A stretch of DNA of 33,912 nt from Parachlamydiales bacterium (GCA_020051075.1 JAGVJP010000106.1:1-33912); one strand, 5' to 3'. Positions 1 through 8,268 are shown, counted from the stretch's first letter. Notes: generated from the sequence alone by a model not told the origin. A program made the numbers and translations.

Positions 1-335
1 CCCCAAGGAATTAGGGAAACAGCTGCTTCCCTAATGCCATCTGGGTAGCTGTCGGCAAATTGGCGCATGAATTTCAAATTTCTATGCGAAAATGCAGTGA
101 TATTCGGGAATGAAGAGGCCAGATCTTTTGCAATCCTTTCAATTGTCTTCGATCCCCAAGATTCCGACAGGGCTTTTTCAGACAGCATTTTGCCGATCCT
201 CCAATAGAGCTCTATGAGTTCTTTATTAATGGATATGGCCGCGCGCAGCTGCGAGTCTTGAATGTCTTTTTTGATGTGTTCTATAAACTTGTCGTAACTA
301 TGCGGATCAACGATTTCATTTTTCTTTGCGTTCAT
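1..335 (-). CDS. DUF1016/YhcG-family protein (PD-(D/E)XK nuclease family), 5' part only; runs off the window
   Basis: Own translation from the ATG at 335: MNAKKNEIVDPHSYDKFIEHIKKDIQDSQLRAAISINKELIELYWRIGKMLSEKALSESWGSKTIERIAKDLASSFPNITAFSHRNLKFMRQFADSYPDGIREAAVSLIPW(G). Carries the DUF1016 N-terminal signature (A..S.N.EL..LYW.IG, WG, FS.RNL..MRQF, IPWG). Starts 9 bp after the integrase stop. Confidence 0.9.
   Translation of the reverse strand, partial: MNAKKNEIVDPHSYDKFIEHIKKDIQDSQLRAAISINKELIELYWRIGKMLSEKALSESWGSKTIERIAKDLASSFPNITAFSHRNLKFMRQFADSYPDGIREAAVSLIPW
10..35. repeat. 26-bp near-perfect palindrome inside the DUF1016 CDS (copy 1)
   Basis: ATTAGGGAA-ACAGCTGC-TTCCCTAAT: 9-bp perfect arms and one mismatched pair flanking CAGCTG. 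Encodes IREAAVSLI (codons 101-109). Confidence 0.95.
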
Positions 336-344
336 TAAAAACCC

Positions 345-1328
345 CTAAGATATTAAATTTACTTTTTTGCTCGCGTTATCTGCGCGCGAAGACTTGTCAT
401 AAGCGAAAACCATCTCCGATGTAGAATGTCCGGTTACACGCATGATATCACTGTCTTGAAATCCTTGCTGTTTAAGGTATGTGACAGCGGAAGCCCTTAG
501 TACGTGAGGAGATACCTTAAATGGAATACCTGCAGCTTTCCCAGCTTTTGCAAATGTGACGGCCAGCTGATTGATCATGACGGCTTTGCCCGATCTGGTC
601 ACAAACACACTGCCTGTTCTTTCCCCGATGTATTCCCTAAGTTTCTTCATAATTGTCTCTGGATATGTGATGACCGTTTCTTTCAGAAGCCTTCTCATTT
701 TCGACTGAAAAAATGTAATTTCACAGCGCTCCCAATCGATTTGGCTAGTTTGCAAGGATAGAACCTCGTTAACCCTTTTTCCTCCTTGCAGGATGATTTT
801 CCCAATCAAGCAGTCTCGAGGGTTAATTTTCTCTAATTCCTTGAAGAAAGAAATCCACTGCGCCTGAGTCATTGCATGGGTTTTAACCTTCTCGTATACG
901 TTGAAGAAGGTTTTTGCATGGCCTTCTTTATTCGGGATGGCCTTTTTTATGACTCCTTCAAGACGACGGCTCAAAAATCCGGTAAATGAAATATAACAGG
1001 CTGCACGAGCTTGGCGAGTGGTCTCAGCCCAATCCTGAAAAAGCTTGATGCGGTCGATGACGCTTTCATGATTAATCAGAGCAAACTGCTGCAAACTCAT
1101 GAGGGGATTAAGCCATCCGAACTCAACCAACTTCTTGATGCCGGATCTATAGCTAAGCTGAGTTTTAGGGCTCAAAGTCGGCAGCCAATAGGAAATTGCC
1201 TCTTCTACAGAAATCTCATCCAATTTCTTCCATACCAAGTTAGCTTTGAAAGACGCTGCTTGTTCATACGTTTCCAAATGAGAGGGGATAGGAATCTCCA
1301 AAACAGCCGGCATTAAAGTCATTGCCAT
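345..1328 (-). CDS. Tyrosine recombinase/integrase, chlamydial plasmid pGP8-D-like
   Basis: W.E.TRQARAACYISFT.FL, RD.LIGK.I.QG and P.VLRAS match my recollection of pGP8-D. Catalytic residues present: R (GKRVNEV), HxxR (SPHVLR), H (TGH), Y (FAY). True start may be the ATG at 1322, which forms an ATGA overlap with the upstream ORF. Confidence 0.92.
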   Translation of the reverse strand: MAMTLMPAVLEIPIPSHLETYEQAASFKANLVWKKLDEISVEEAISYWLPTLSPKTQLSYRSGIKKLVEFGWLNPLMSLQQFALINHESVIDRIKLFQDWAETTRQARAACYISFTGFLSRRLEGVIKKAIPNKEGHAKTFFNVYEKVKTHAMTQAQWISFFKELEKINPRDCLIGKIILQGGKRVNEVLSLQTSQIDWERCEITFFQSKMRRLLKETVITYPETIMKKLREYIGERTGSVFVTRSGKAVMINQLAVTFAKAGKAAGIPFKVSPHVLRASAVTYLKQQGFQDSDIMRVTGHSTSEMVFAYDKSSRADNASKKVNLIS

Positions 1329-1504
1329 TTCTTCCCTTCACAAAGACCCTCAAATAGTTTTTTATGTTCCTCTCTGCACATCACTTCTTGGATCGGAGAA
1401 CTTGTCTCGGTCTTAATGATTGCAAGATCAATTTTTTTCGCAGGCTTTCTTGATTCCGGTATTTTTTCTTGAGACTTTGGGTCTTTGGGTTCCTGTTTGC
1501 TCAC
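1319..1504 (-). CDS. Small charged hypothetical protein (about 61 aa) coupled to the integrase
   Basis: GTG at 1504 is preceded by GAGG; the stop overlaps the integrase ATG (ATGA). The longer ORF-track start at 1579 has no obvious RBS. Confidence 0.55.
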   Translation of the reverse strand: MSKQEPKDPKSQEKIPESRKPAKKIDLAIIKTETSSPIQEVMCREEHKKLFEGLCEGKKWQ

Positions 1505-1626
1505 ATACACCTCGACTTGTTTATAAGCGGCTTTATAAACAATGAAATGTAGCTCAAAAAGTCTTTCGTGGCAACACAAAGTTTTGACGATCTCGTGTCA
1601 TTTACACTAAGGCGTTGTAGCCACTA

Positions 1627-1698
1627 TAAATACTACGACATCTTGAATACAAGACAACTAAACGCCTATTGACACAAGGCATGCCTATCGTTTATACC
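1627..1698 (+). promoter_or_regulatory. Sigma70/sigma66-type promoter next to degenerate 8-bp tandem repeats
   Basis: TTGACA at 1669-1674 and TATACC 18 bp downstream. Upstream 8-mers TAAATACT/ACGACATC/TTGAATAC/AAGACAAC/TAAACGCC span 1627-1666. Confidence 0.45.
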
Positions 1699-1733
1699 TC
1701 TTATCAATAAACCAGCAAAAGGCTTGGGTAAAT

Positions 1734-1979
1734 ATGAACGAACAAGATCAAACGTTAATACAGCAAGACGTCAAAGATATTGGCAGTCAAATAGCCAAAA
1801 CAATTCAAAACAGGAACAAAAAAAAGTTCAAAGCCACAATCTATTTGACTGAAGAGGCGGAGAAGGCATTTACGGAGCTTTATATTCATCGCCTCAGAAA
1901 GGACAGGAAGATCGATCGTTCGATGATCGCCTGCGATGCTCTTCAGGCTCTTTATGAAAAAGAATGCAAAATTAATTGA
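1734..1979 (+). CDS. Small ribbon-helix-helix DNA-binding protein (ParG/CopG-like)
   Basis: KKFKATIYLTEE beta-strand pattern followed by two helices ending RSMIACDALQALY; promoter upstream. Confidence 0.65.
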   Translation: MNEQDQTLIQQDVKDIGSQIAKTIQNRNKKKFKATIYLTEEAEKAFTELYIHRLRKDRKIDRSMIACDALQALYEKECKIN

Positions 1980-2096
1980 GTAAATTTTATATAGAATCGG
2001 GGAACGGTGAATTTTTCTGCTATTTTATGCATCGACAAGGATAATAATCCTAGATATAGCGGACAAAAGCGAACGTCTCGTAAAAAAGAACAATTG

Positions 2097-3971
2097 TCAC
2101 GCAGACATAGGTAATTTGAAACGAATCAACCTTAATCCGTTCAAAATTACCAGTATAGCTACTCCTGAGTCAGCGCCTATTGCAAATTCAAGACCCGCCA
2201 ACCCAAAGACAGCTAAGGAAAGAAAGACAAACTTCACTCCCAAGGAGACCACAATGTTTTGCTTGATTACTTGGAGTGTCTTTTTTCCAAGGCTTATTGA
2301 ATAAGGGACATTCAGCAGATTATTACTCATCAGTGCAATGTCAGCCGTTTCAATAGCAATATCCGAACTCCCCGCTCCCATAGCGATCCCTACGTTCGCC
2401 GTAGCCAAAGCCGGAGCATCGTTGACTCCATCGCCTACCATGACGACAGATTTATATTTTTTCTTGAGTTCATCAATTTTTTCTACCTTTTCATGGGGAA
2501 GAAGAGATGCGAAAAATATTTGAACCCCTGTTTTATTAGCTATGTATTCAGCTGAATAACGGTTGTCTCCTGTAAGCATTACCGCTTCAACATTCATTCT
2601 ACGCAAAAGATTTACGGCTTCTTTCGCTTCATTTCTGATCGTATCAGCAATGCCAAGCGCTCCTATTATCTGATTCTCTTCTCGAATGATAACAACGGTC
2701 TTCCCATGTTTTTCTAATCCTTCAACAGTATTTAAAATTGCAGGGGGTATAGTAATCCCCATGAATTTAATATTCCCAATCGCATGTTCTGCTCCATTGC
2801 AGTTAATACAAATGGCCTTTCCACCCTTCCCTGAGACATTTTCATATTTTTCCATCACATGATGAGTGATTTTTTTTTCTTGGATATAATTTAAGATGCT
2901 TTTGGATAGTGGGTGAGAGGAAAATTTCTCAATGCCTGCTGCATCAGCAAGAACTTCTTCTTCTGTATGATTACCAAGTGCTATCACGTCTGTGACATAT
3001 GGCTCGCCTAACGTTAAAGTTCTTGTTTTATCAAATGCGACGATTTTCGCTTTTCCAATTTCCTCAAGATGGACCCCTCCTTTGATTAGAACCCCACGCT
3101 TGGCTGCTCCCCCAATTGCTGAAGCTATTGAAATAGGCGTGGAGATGACTAAGGCACAAGGGCAAGAAATGACTAAGAGAACCAGGGATTTGTACAGCCA
3201 CTCATTGAATATTCCTCCAAAAAACAAAGCGGGCACAGTAGCAAAAAAGAAAGCTGCAACTACAACAGTAGGAGTGTAATATTTTGCAAATTTATCGATA
3301 AATTCTTGAGTAGGAGCGCGCGAGCGCTGTGCTGCCTCAATGAGCTGGACGATTTTATTAAAAGTCGAATCTTTGTTTTCTTTCGTAACCTCGACTTCTA
3401 AAAACCCATTTTGATTGATTGTCCCAGAGAAAACTGTGTCGTTTTCATTTTTGTCCTTTGGGATGGATTCTCCTGTAATCATCGATTCATCAACTGATGA
3501 CATTCCTTTAATTACTTTCCCATCTAATGGAATCAGATCGCCTGGTTTAATCAAGATTATATCATTTTTTCTAACAGATTCAACCGGAACTATTTCCCCG
3601 TTTTTCAAAATAGCAGTTTTAGGAGCTCGTTTAATCAACGTTTCTACTGCTTTTTTAGACTTTTCTATCCCATAATTTTCAAAGAATTCAGCCAATGAAA
3701 AGAAGAAAACAACAGCCGCAGCCTCTCCTATCTGATTAATATACATAGCCCCTAAGGCTGCAATGACAACTAGGAAATTAATATTCAGAAATTTTTGTTT
3801 TACAACTCCAAGAAACGCAGAAATTAAAACGAAGTATCCTCCAGAAATTATTGAAATGTAATAAAAAACAGAAGATTCTTTACTATGCTCAAAAAATCCA
3901 AATGCAAATGCCAATAATACAGATATCCCAGAAACTAAAGTTAGAAATTTTTTCCAGAAATCAGATCTCAT
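2097..3971 (-). CDS. cadA: Heavy-metal P1B-type ATPase, Zn/Cd/Pb class (CadA/ZntA-like), no N-terminal metal-binding domain
   Basis: TGES, ISCPCALVISTP, DKTRT (variant), [23 protein letters not shown]-terminal K...D.G..ILVILNGLRL. Confidence 0.9.
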   Translation of the reverse strand: MRSDFWKKFLTLVSGISVLLAFAFGFFEHSKESSVFYYISIISGGYFVLISAFLGVVKQKFLNINFLVVIAALGAMYINQIGEAAAVVFFFSLAEFFENYGIEKSKKAVETLIKRAPKTAILKNGEIVPVESVRKNDIILIKPGDLIPLDGKVIKGMSSVDESMITGESIPKDKNENDTVFSGTINQNGFLEVEVTKENKDSTFNKIVQLIEAAQRSRAPTQEFIDKFAKYYTPTVVVAAFFFATVPALFFGGIFNEWLYKSLVLLVISCPCALVISTPISIASAIGGAAKRGVLIKGGVHLEEIGKAKIVAFDKTRTLTLGEPYVTDVIALGNHTEEEVLADAAGIEKFSSHPLSKSILNYIQEKKITHHVMEKYENVSGKGGKAICINCNGAEHAIGNIKFMGITIPPAILNTVEGLEKHGKTVVIIREENQIIGALGIADTIRNEAKEAVNLLRRMNVEAVMLTGDNRYSAEYIANKTGVQIFFASLLPHEKVEKIDELKKKYKSVVMVGDGVNDAPALATANVGIAMGAGSSDIAIETADIALMSNNLLNVPYSISLGKKTLQVIKQNIVVSLGVKFVFLSLAVFGLAGLEFAIGADSGVAILVILNGLRLIRFKLPMSA

Positions 3972-4002
3972 AGTTGCTCATTTTTTGAAATGTCTTATAG
4001 AC

Positions 4003-4031
4003 CTGATATCAAGCGGTGAATAGGACGTCAA
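4003..4031 (-). promoter_or_regulatory. Candidate promoter for the cadA-like gene
   Basis: Minus strand TTGACG-17 bp-TATCAG with a TGn extension, about 30 bp upstream of the ATG. Confidence 0.35.
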
Positions 4032-4074
4032 GTCAATAAAGCAATATGGTAATAAGCAACTTTAATGAATTGGT

Positions 4075-5424
4075 TCAGAGCGTCATAAGAGCATTTAAGT
4101 CATACGTTGCATCGGTGAGCATCAAGAAAGCACCGCTTAAAGCATCGACAATGTCATCGTGACCGCCTTCAGGGAAATTCTCTAATTCTCGGAGAAAATC
4201 TTCATTCCAAGATGCTTGTAGGATTTTGATATTTCCAGCTTCTGCCTGGGATGAAACGGGGAGGGCCCGCGTTACTTTGTCCTGAGTGGCTTTAAAGGTC
4301 TTCACATTATACCCTTGCAGCATTCTTACTAAATAGTCTGCCTCGCTTACCCCCGCCTGGCCAGGATCTTGTTCGATGCCGATCCTGGTCGAAATACCAT
4401 CCTGGCTTGCTGTATTTTTGATGGCGCTTTGAACCCCCAAAGGGCTCTGCTGAATCCTCACCATATCAGTGATGTATAAGATGTTATTTTTATCTTTTTC
4501 AAGACGCAACCCGACTGTATAATCTGGGTTGTTGCTTTCAGTCTTTTTCGTTGCAGCCCGATCCCAGTAGCGCACAGCCTTTAAGCCGCTTTTAGGAATG
4601 GCCTTAACAACTTCAAAGAAGTTTCTCTGGAAGAACATGCCCGCTGTGGGCCTGACGTTCCAGTTTCCCATGAGCAGCTGCTCCCGTTCAAAACGAGGCA
4701 GCGCTTTAAGATTGGCCAAGTATCCCGGATCTTTATCAAGCAGGATTTTATTGTCATGCACGGTTGATGCCACAAAGGAAACGCTCTTTGGGAGGCAATT
4801 TGGGTCTTTTTCTATCAATTCTTCAAGACTTGACCCCCAAATTGTCTGATCATTCTGAATGAAGAACCAGCGTGTTTTCCCGCTGCGCGAGGGGATCGGG
4901 TATCCGGATTTTTCATCAATCCACCAAGCGATGAATTGCCGGACCCAGGAGTCTGTATCCGGATTGGTGGTAGCTCTAATGTAAGGCTTCACTCCGCACG
5001 TGGATCTATTCCGCGAGAGCATATAGACGAATTGCTGCCACGAAAAATGAGTCAGCTCGTCAAAGCCGAGAAGAGGGATCTGAGATCCCTGCCAATCGAA
5101 GCGCGTCTTATCATGCTCAAGATGAGCGAATTTTACTTTGCCGTTGCCCTGGAAATCCCATTCAAGGGTTGATTCTTTAGGAGTGCCATTGGCGTGAACA
5201 AAAAGCTCGCAGCTTGTATCCCATAAGCCGCCTGGATTTCGTACCTGGGTGCTGTTTCTTCGGAATATCACGGCGGAGAAGCCTGGAACGTTTCTATGGC
5301 GCAGGCATTCCATTAAAAGGGCCCACGTTTTTCCGCCGCCGGCAGCGCCTCCGTAGATCACAATATCCGCAGAAGCATTCAAAAATTGGTATTGAGGGCC
5401 TTCCTGAGGCATGATTTTAGGCAT
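4075..5424 (-). CDS. terL: Phage terminase large subunit
   Basis: Walker A YGGAAGGGKT, Walker B LLGFDELTHF, ATTNP, RYWDRA, IEQDPG.AG, DKVTRA and C-terminal nuclease motif HDDIVDALS. Confidence 0.93.
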   Translation of the reverse strand: MPKIMPQEGPQYQFLNASADIVIYGGAAGGGKTWALLMECLRHRNVPGFSAVIFRRNSTQVRNPGGLWDTSCELFVHANGTPKESTLEWDFQGNGKVKFAHLEHDKTRFDWQGSQIPLLGFDELTHFSWQQFVYMLSRNRSTCGVKPYIRATTNPDTDSWVRQFIAWWIDEKSGYPIPSRSGKTRWFFIQNDQTIWGSSLEELIEKDPNCLPKSVSFVASTVHDNKILLDKDPGYLANLKALPRFEREQLLMGNWNVRPTAGMFFQRNFFEVVKAIPKSGLKAVRYWDRAATKKTESNNPDYTVGLRLEKDKNNILYITDMVRIQQSPLGVQSAIKNTASQDGISTRIGIEQDPGQAGVSEADYLVRMLQGYNVKTFKATQDKVTRALPVSSQAEAGNIKILQASWNEDFLRELENFPEGGHDDIVDALSGAFLMLTDATYDLNALMTL

Positions 5425-5893
5425 TTGGATCCTCCACTTTTTCTTCTATGCAATCGCCCCTTCCGTTATCCGGAATATAAATTTGGACAGGGTCTTCTCC
5501 TTTAACGATCGTTTCCGTGACAATGGTTTCTCTTTGACCGAGCCATATCTTGCCAAGCCAAATAGCCATGGTTGCATTGCGTTCGGCTTGCTGAAATTGG
5601 TAGCGCCGGAGGGAGAGTTTATGAAGTCCATTGCACCTTTTTCTTAACTCCGCAAAACCCATACCGAAAGCCTCCCTCAACCTTCGATCCAAAGTGTCAA
5701 CGCTGACCCTGAAAGCGCCCGCAATTTCTTCGGCGGTGGCTTGTAATTCCGTCCAATAGAGCACTTGATCGAGATTGATCTCCTTTTCCGGGACTACTCC
5801 TTTCCATTCAGAAGGAGGAGCTTTCGGATCGACAGGCGGCTTGACTGTTTTTTTAGGCCGGCCGTTCGGCCTTCCAGTAGGCTTCCTAGGCAT
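5417..5893 (-). CDS. terS: Probable phage terminase small subunit
   Basis: GRP..RPKK N-terminus, HTH-like EEIAGAFRVSVDTL, SLRR.QF..A..NATMAIWLGK.WLGQ. Overlaps both neighbours by 8 bp (ATGCCTAG / ATGCCTAA). Start taken at ATG 5893. Confidence 0.8.
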   Translation of the reverse strand: MPRKPTGRPNGRPKKTVKPPVDPKAPPSEWKGVVPEKEINLDQVLYWTELQATAEEIAGAFRVSVDTLDRRLREAFGMGFAELRKRCNGLHKLSLRRYQFQQAERNATMAIWLGKIWLGQRETIVTETIVKGEDPVQIYIPDNGRGDCIEEKVEDPNA

Positions 5894-7211
5894 GTTCTTC
5901 ACCATTCAACTTGATGTCGCATGGCTCGTTCCTCTGGAGCTTGTACTTCCTATAACGATCGACAATCACATCGCAATACTTTGGATCCAACTCGCATCCG
6001 AAGCATCTGCGGTTCAACTGCTCCGCTGCCATAAGAGTTGTGCCGGACCCCAGAAAGAAATCGAAGATGAGATCATCTTTCTTGGAGCTGTTATTAATGA
6101 GATAACCAATCAAAGGGATCGGCTTCATTGTCGGATGTTCGGCGTTCCTTTGGGGCCTGTCGAATTTCAGAAGAGTGGTTTGCTTCCGGTTGTTATACCA
6201 GCGATGTTTTTCTCCTTCCTTCCATCCGTAAAGCACAGGATCGTGATCGCTATACTCTTTCCCTCCGAATAGAACCGGCTCATGCTGCCATTGATAGTCC
6301 TGCCGTCCAAGAACCAGGGAATTCTTGAGCCAAATAAGGCATTGCGTCATTTTTAAGTTTGCTTCGCGGAAAAACCGGCGGAATCTTTCTCCTTCGGAGT
6401 CGGCGTGGAATACATAGATGCCCGCTCCTTCTTTCATGAAGACGAAAGCATTCACATAGAAATCACGTAAGAGGGATTCAAATTCTTCATTCGAAAGATC
6501 GTCATTTTTGATGGTAAGCTTCTCTTTCGTCCCGCCTTTATAAGCCACATTATAAGGGGGATCTGTGATGACTAGGTCTATTAATTCAGAGCCAAGGACT
6601 TTCTCAATGTCGTTATAAATTGTGGCGGATCCACAAATCAGCCGGTGCCTGCCCAAATCATAAATATCGCCCGGCTTGGTCTTCGGCTCTTCAGGCAATT
6701 CTTCTTCATAACCGTCATCAACCGCTTCAATTTTTTCAGGATCCTTCACCTGCAGCTCGTCTTCTGTAAATCCCCAATTGAACAGATCCTTTACCTCCCA
6801 TTCATTGGCTAACCGCTCCCAATCCCATTCTCCTGAATTCTTATTGCTGCGGATGAGATATTCTTCAGCCTCCCGTGTAGTAAGCTGACGGTTTGGAACT
6901 CGGACTTCGATTTCTTCTTTTCCCCGCCCAAGGGCCTTCATGGCTTTGATCCTCATGTGGCCGGCCAAGATCGTATTATCCAGATTGATAACGATGGTCT
7001 CCACATAGTTAAAGCTCTTTAATGACTGCTTTAGCTTCTCCATCTGATCTTTTGTGATCTTGCGTGGGTTTTTCTCATGTTCTTTAAAGTCTTTGATCCG
7101 CCTGATTTCGGTGTGCCACACCAACTCCTCTAAAGTGATTTCGGCTTCTTGCGCCGGGACCTCGATTTCATCTGTCTGGATCTCTGCATCCTTGGTTTTC
7201 CTCTTTGCCAT
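5886..7211 (-). CDS. Phage-type DNA methyltransferase (N6A/N4C, beta class) with ParB-like N-terminal domain
   Basis: ParB-like NPR.I...ILAGH.R; LGRHRLICG; catalytic TDPPYN precedes SAM-binding DFFLGSGTT; HPTMKP; ELDPKYCDVIV. Confidence 0.92.
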   Translation of the reverse strand: MAKRKTKDAEIQTDEIEVPAQEAEITLEELVWHTEIRRIKDFKEHEKNPRKITKDQMEKLKQSLKSFNYVETIVINLDNTILAGHMRIKAMKALGRGKEEIEVRVPNRQLTTREAEEYLIRSNKNSGEWDWERLANEWEVKDLFNWGFTEDELQVKDPEKIEAVDDGYEEELPEEPKTKPGDIYDLGRHRLICGSATIYNDIEKVLGSELIDLVITDPPYNVAYKGGTKEKLTIKNDDLSNEEFESLLRDFYVNAFVFMKEGAGIYVFHADSEGERFRRFFREANLKMTQCLIWLKNSLVLGRQDYQWQHEPVLFGGKEYSDHDPVLYGWKEGEKHRWYNNRKQTTLLKFDRPQRNAEHPTMKPIPLIGYLINNSSKKDDLIFDFFLGSGTTLMAAEQLNRRCFGCELDPKYCDVIVDRYRKYKLQRNEPCDIKLNGEEHA

Positions 7212-7379
7212 CTTTCATCTCTCTGATTTAATTTCTTCTTTGTACAAGACCTGTAGGCCGATTTTTTTTCTAATTACCAAATTGGTAAAAAGCGATAGAA
7301 AATCGGTAGTTAAGATTTAAGAGAGTAATTGAGAAAGGGAAGTAGGAAGGGTAATTGGGTAGAAGCCTAACGGCTTAAT

Positions 7380-7721
7380 TTAAACTTTGCTGACAATTTC
7401 AATGGTGACCGGATATAAATCCTCAACCATCTTTCGCTTTGCCTGGCTTAAAGCGGTATCTTTTCCTTTGGTGTCGACGAAACTTATTTCGCCATTCGCA
7501 TAAAAAACCTGAAAGTCACAAACATAGCGCACTTTTCCCGGAAGATCGAACGGTATCTGCCTAAGAAAAAAAACAACTTCCCCGGCTTTTTGAAGAATTT
7601 GGAGCTTATCGTAATACCTTCGCTCCAATTTTGAGGGAAACTTTTTACCGTCCCTCTCGCAGGGAATCGCACCGAATTTATGCTTTGGCTTCGCCCTAGA
7701 GTTAAAAAATTTAATATTCAT
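7380..7721 (-). CDS. DUF1064-like phage PD-(D/E)XK nuclease
   Basis: K.KF.A......DG.KF.SK.E..YY..L, RQ.PF, Y..DF.V, FVD.KG. Confidence 0.8.
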   Translation of the reverse strand: MNIKFFNSRAKPKHKFGAIPCERDGKKFPSKLERRYYDKLQILQKAGEVVFFLRQIPFDLPGKVRYVCDFQVFYANGEISFVDTKGKDTALSQAKRKMVEDLYPVTIEIVSKV

Positions 7722-7887
7722 TTGAACACAAGCCTGCTCCTATGGGATTAAAGATTTTTCATTCTGTCAGATTATTTCATTTTCTTGCATCTACATATTG
7801 AATATACGCGTAGTAGAGTGCATATGTCACTTTTACATGCAATAGACTGGAAATTAAGGAGAAATGGATAGGAATCAGGGGAATTTG

Positions 7888-7915
7888 AAATAGGGAAGCA
7901 GCTGTTTCCCTGTTT
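7888..7915. repeat. Non-coding second copy of the DUF1016 palindrome (copy 2), inverted relative to copy 1
   Basis: 7891-7911 TAGGGAAGCAGCTGTTTCCCT is the exact reverse complement of 13-33. Arms extend to AAATAGGGAA...TTCCCTGTTT. Confidence 0.93.
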
Positions 7916-8049
7916 GGAATATTAATTACTCATAGGGAGTTTTAGCCTTAAATTCGGATGCTCATTGCTCAACCCATTAAAGAAATTTATCTTTTTTTCT
8001 TATCGAAATCGAAGTATAGTTAAAAAATCTTTACCATCAGGAGGCCATT

Positions 8050-8268
8050 ATGCCTTTAATTCAAGGAAGCAGCGAAGAAAGCCTACATGCGAATATAAAG
8101 AAACTGATAGGGGAAGGGTATAAAAGGAAGCAAGCGGTCGCAATTGCTTATAGCATAGCTGAGAAGGCAAAGAGCAAAGATGACCAAATTGAGAAAAAAC
8201 CTTTTCAGTACAAAAATAGTTGCTTAGAGACTGCTAGGAAAGAAATCCAACAGTTTCCTTATCTATAG
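8050..8268 (+). CDS. Small phage head-region-type hypothetical protein
   Basis: MPL..GSS......NI..L..EGY..KQAVAIAYS.A motif, common in tailed-phage head modules; AGGAGG RBS at 8039-8044; TATAGT at 8015-8020. Confidence 0.7.
   Translation: MPLIQGSSEESLHANIKKLIGEGYKRKQAVAIAYSIAEKAKSKDDQIEKKPFQYKNSCLETARKEIQQFPYL

Larger units (their letters stand above)
4075..8268. mobile_element. Prophage-derived DNA-packaging block
   Basis: DUF1064, methyltransferase, terS and terL in the order typical of tailed phages, plus a divergent phage head-region gene. Confidence 0.8.

Noticed and set aside
3972..4061. 11-bp inverted repeat (AGTTGCTCATT / AATAAGCAACT, 10/11) flanking the cadA promoter, suggestive of an invertible promoter
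   Set aside because: Short, imperfect and AT-rich; could arise by chance, and nothing else supports inversion.
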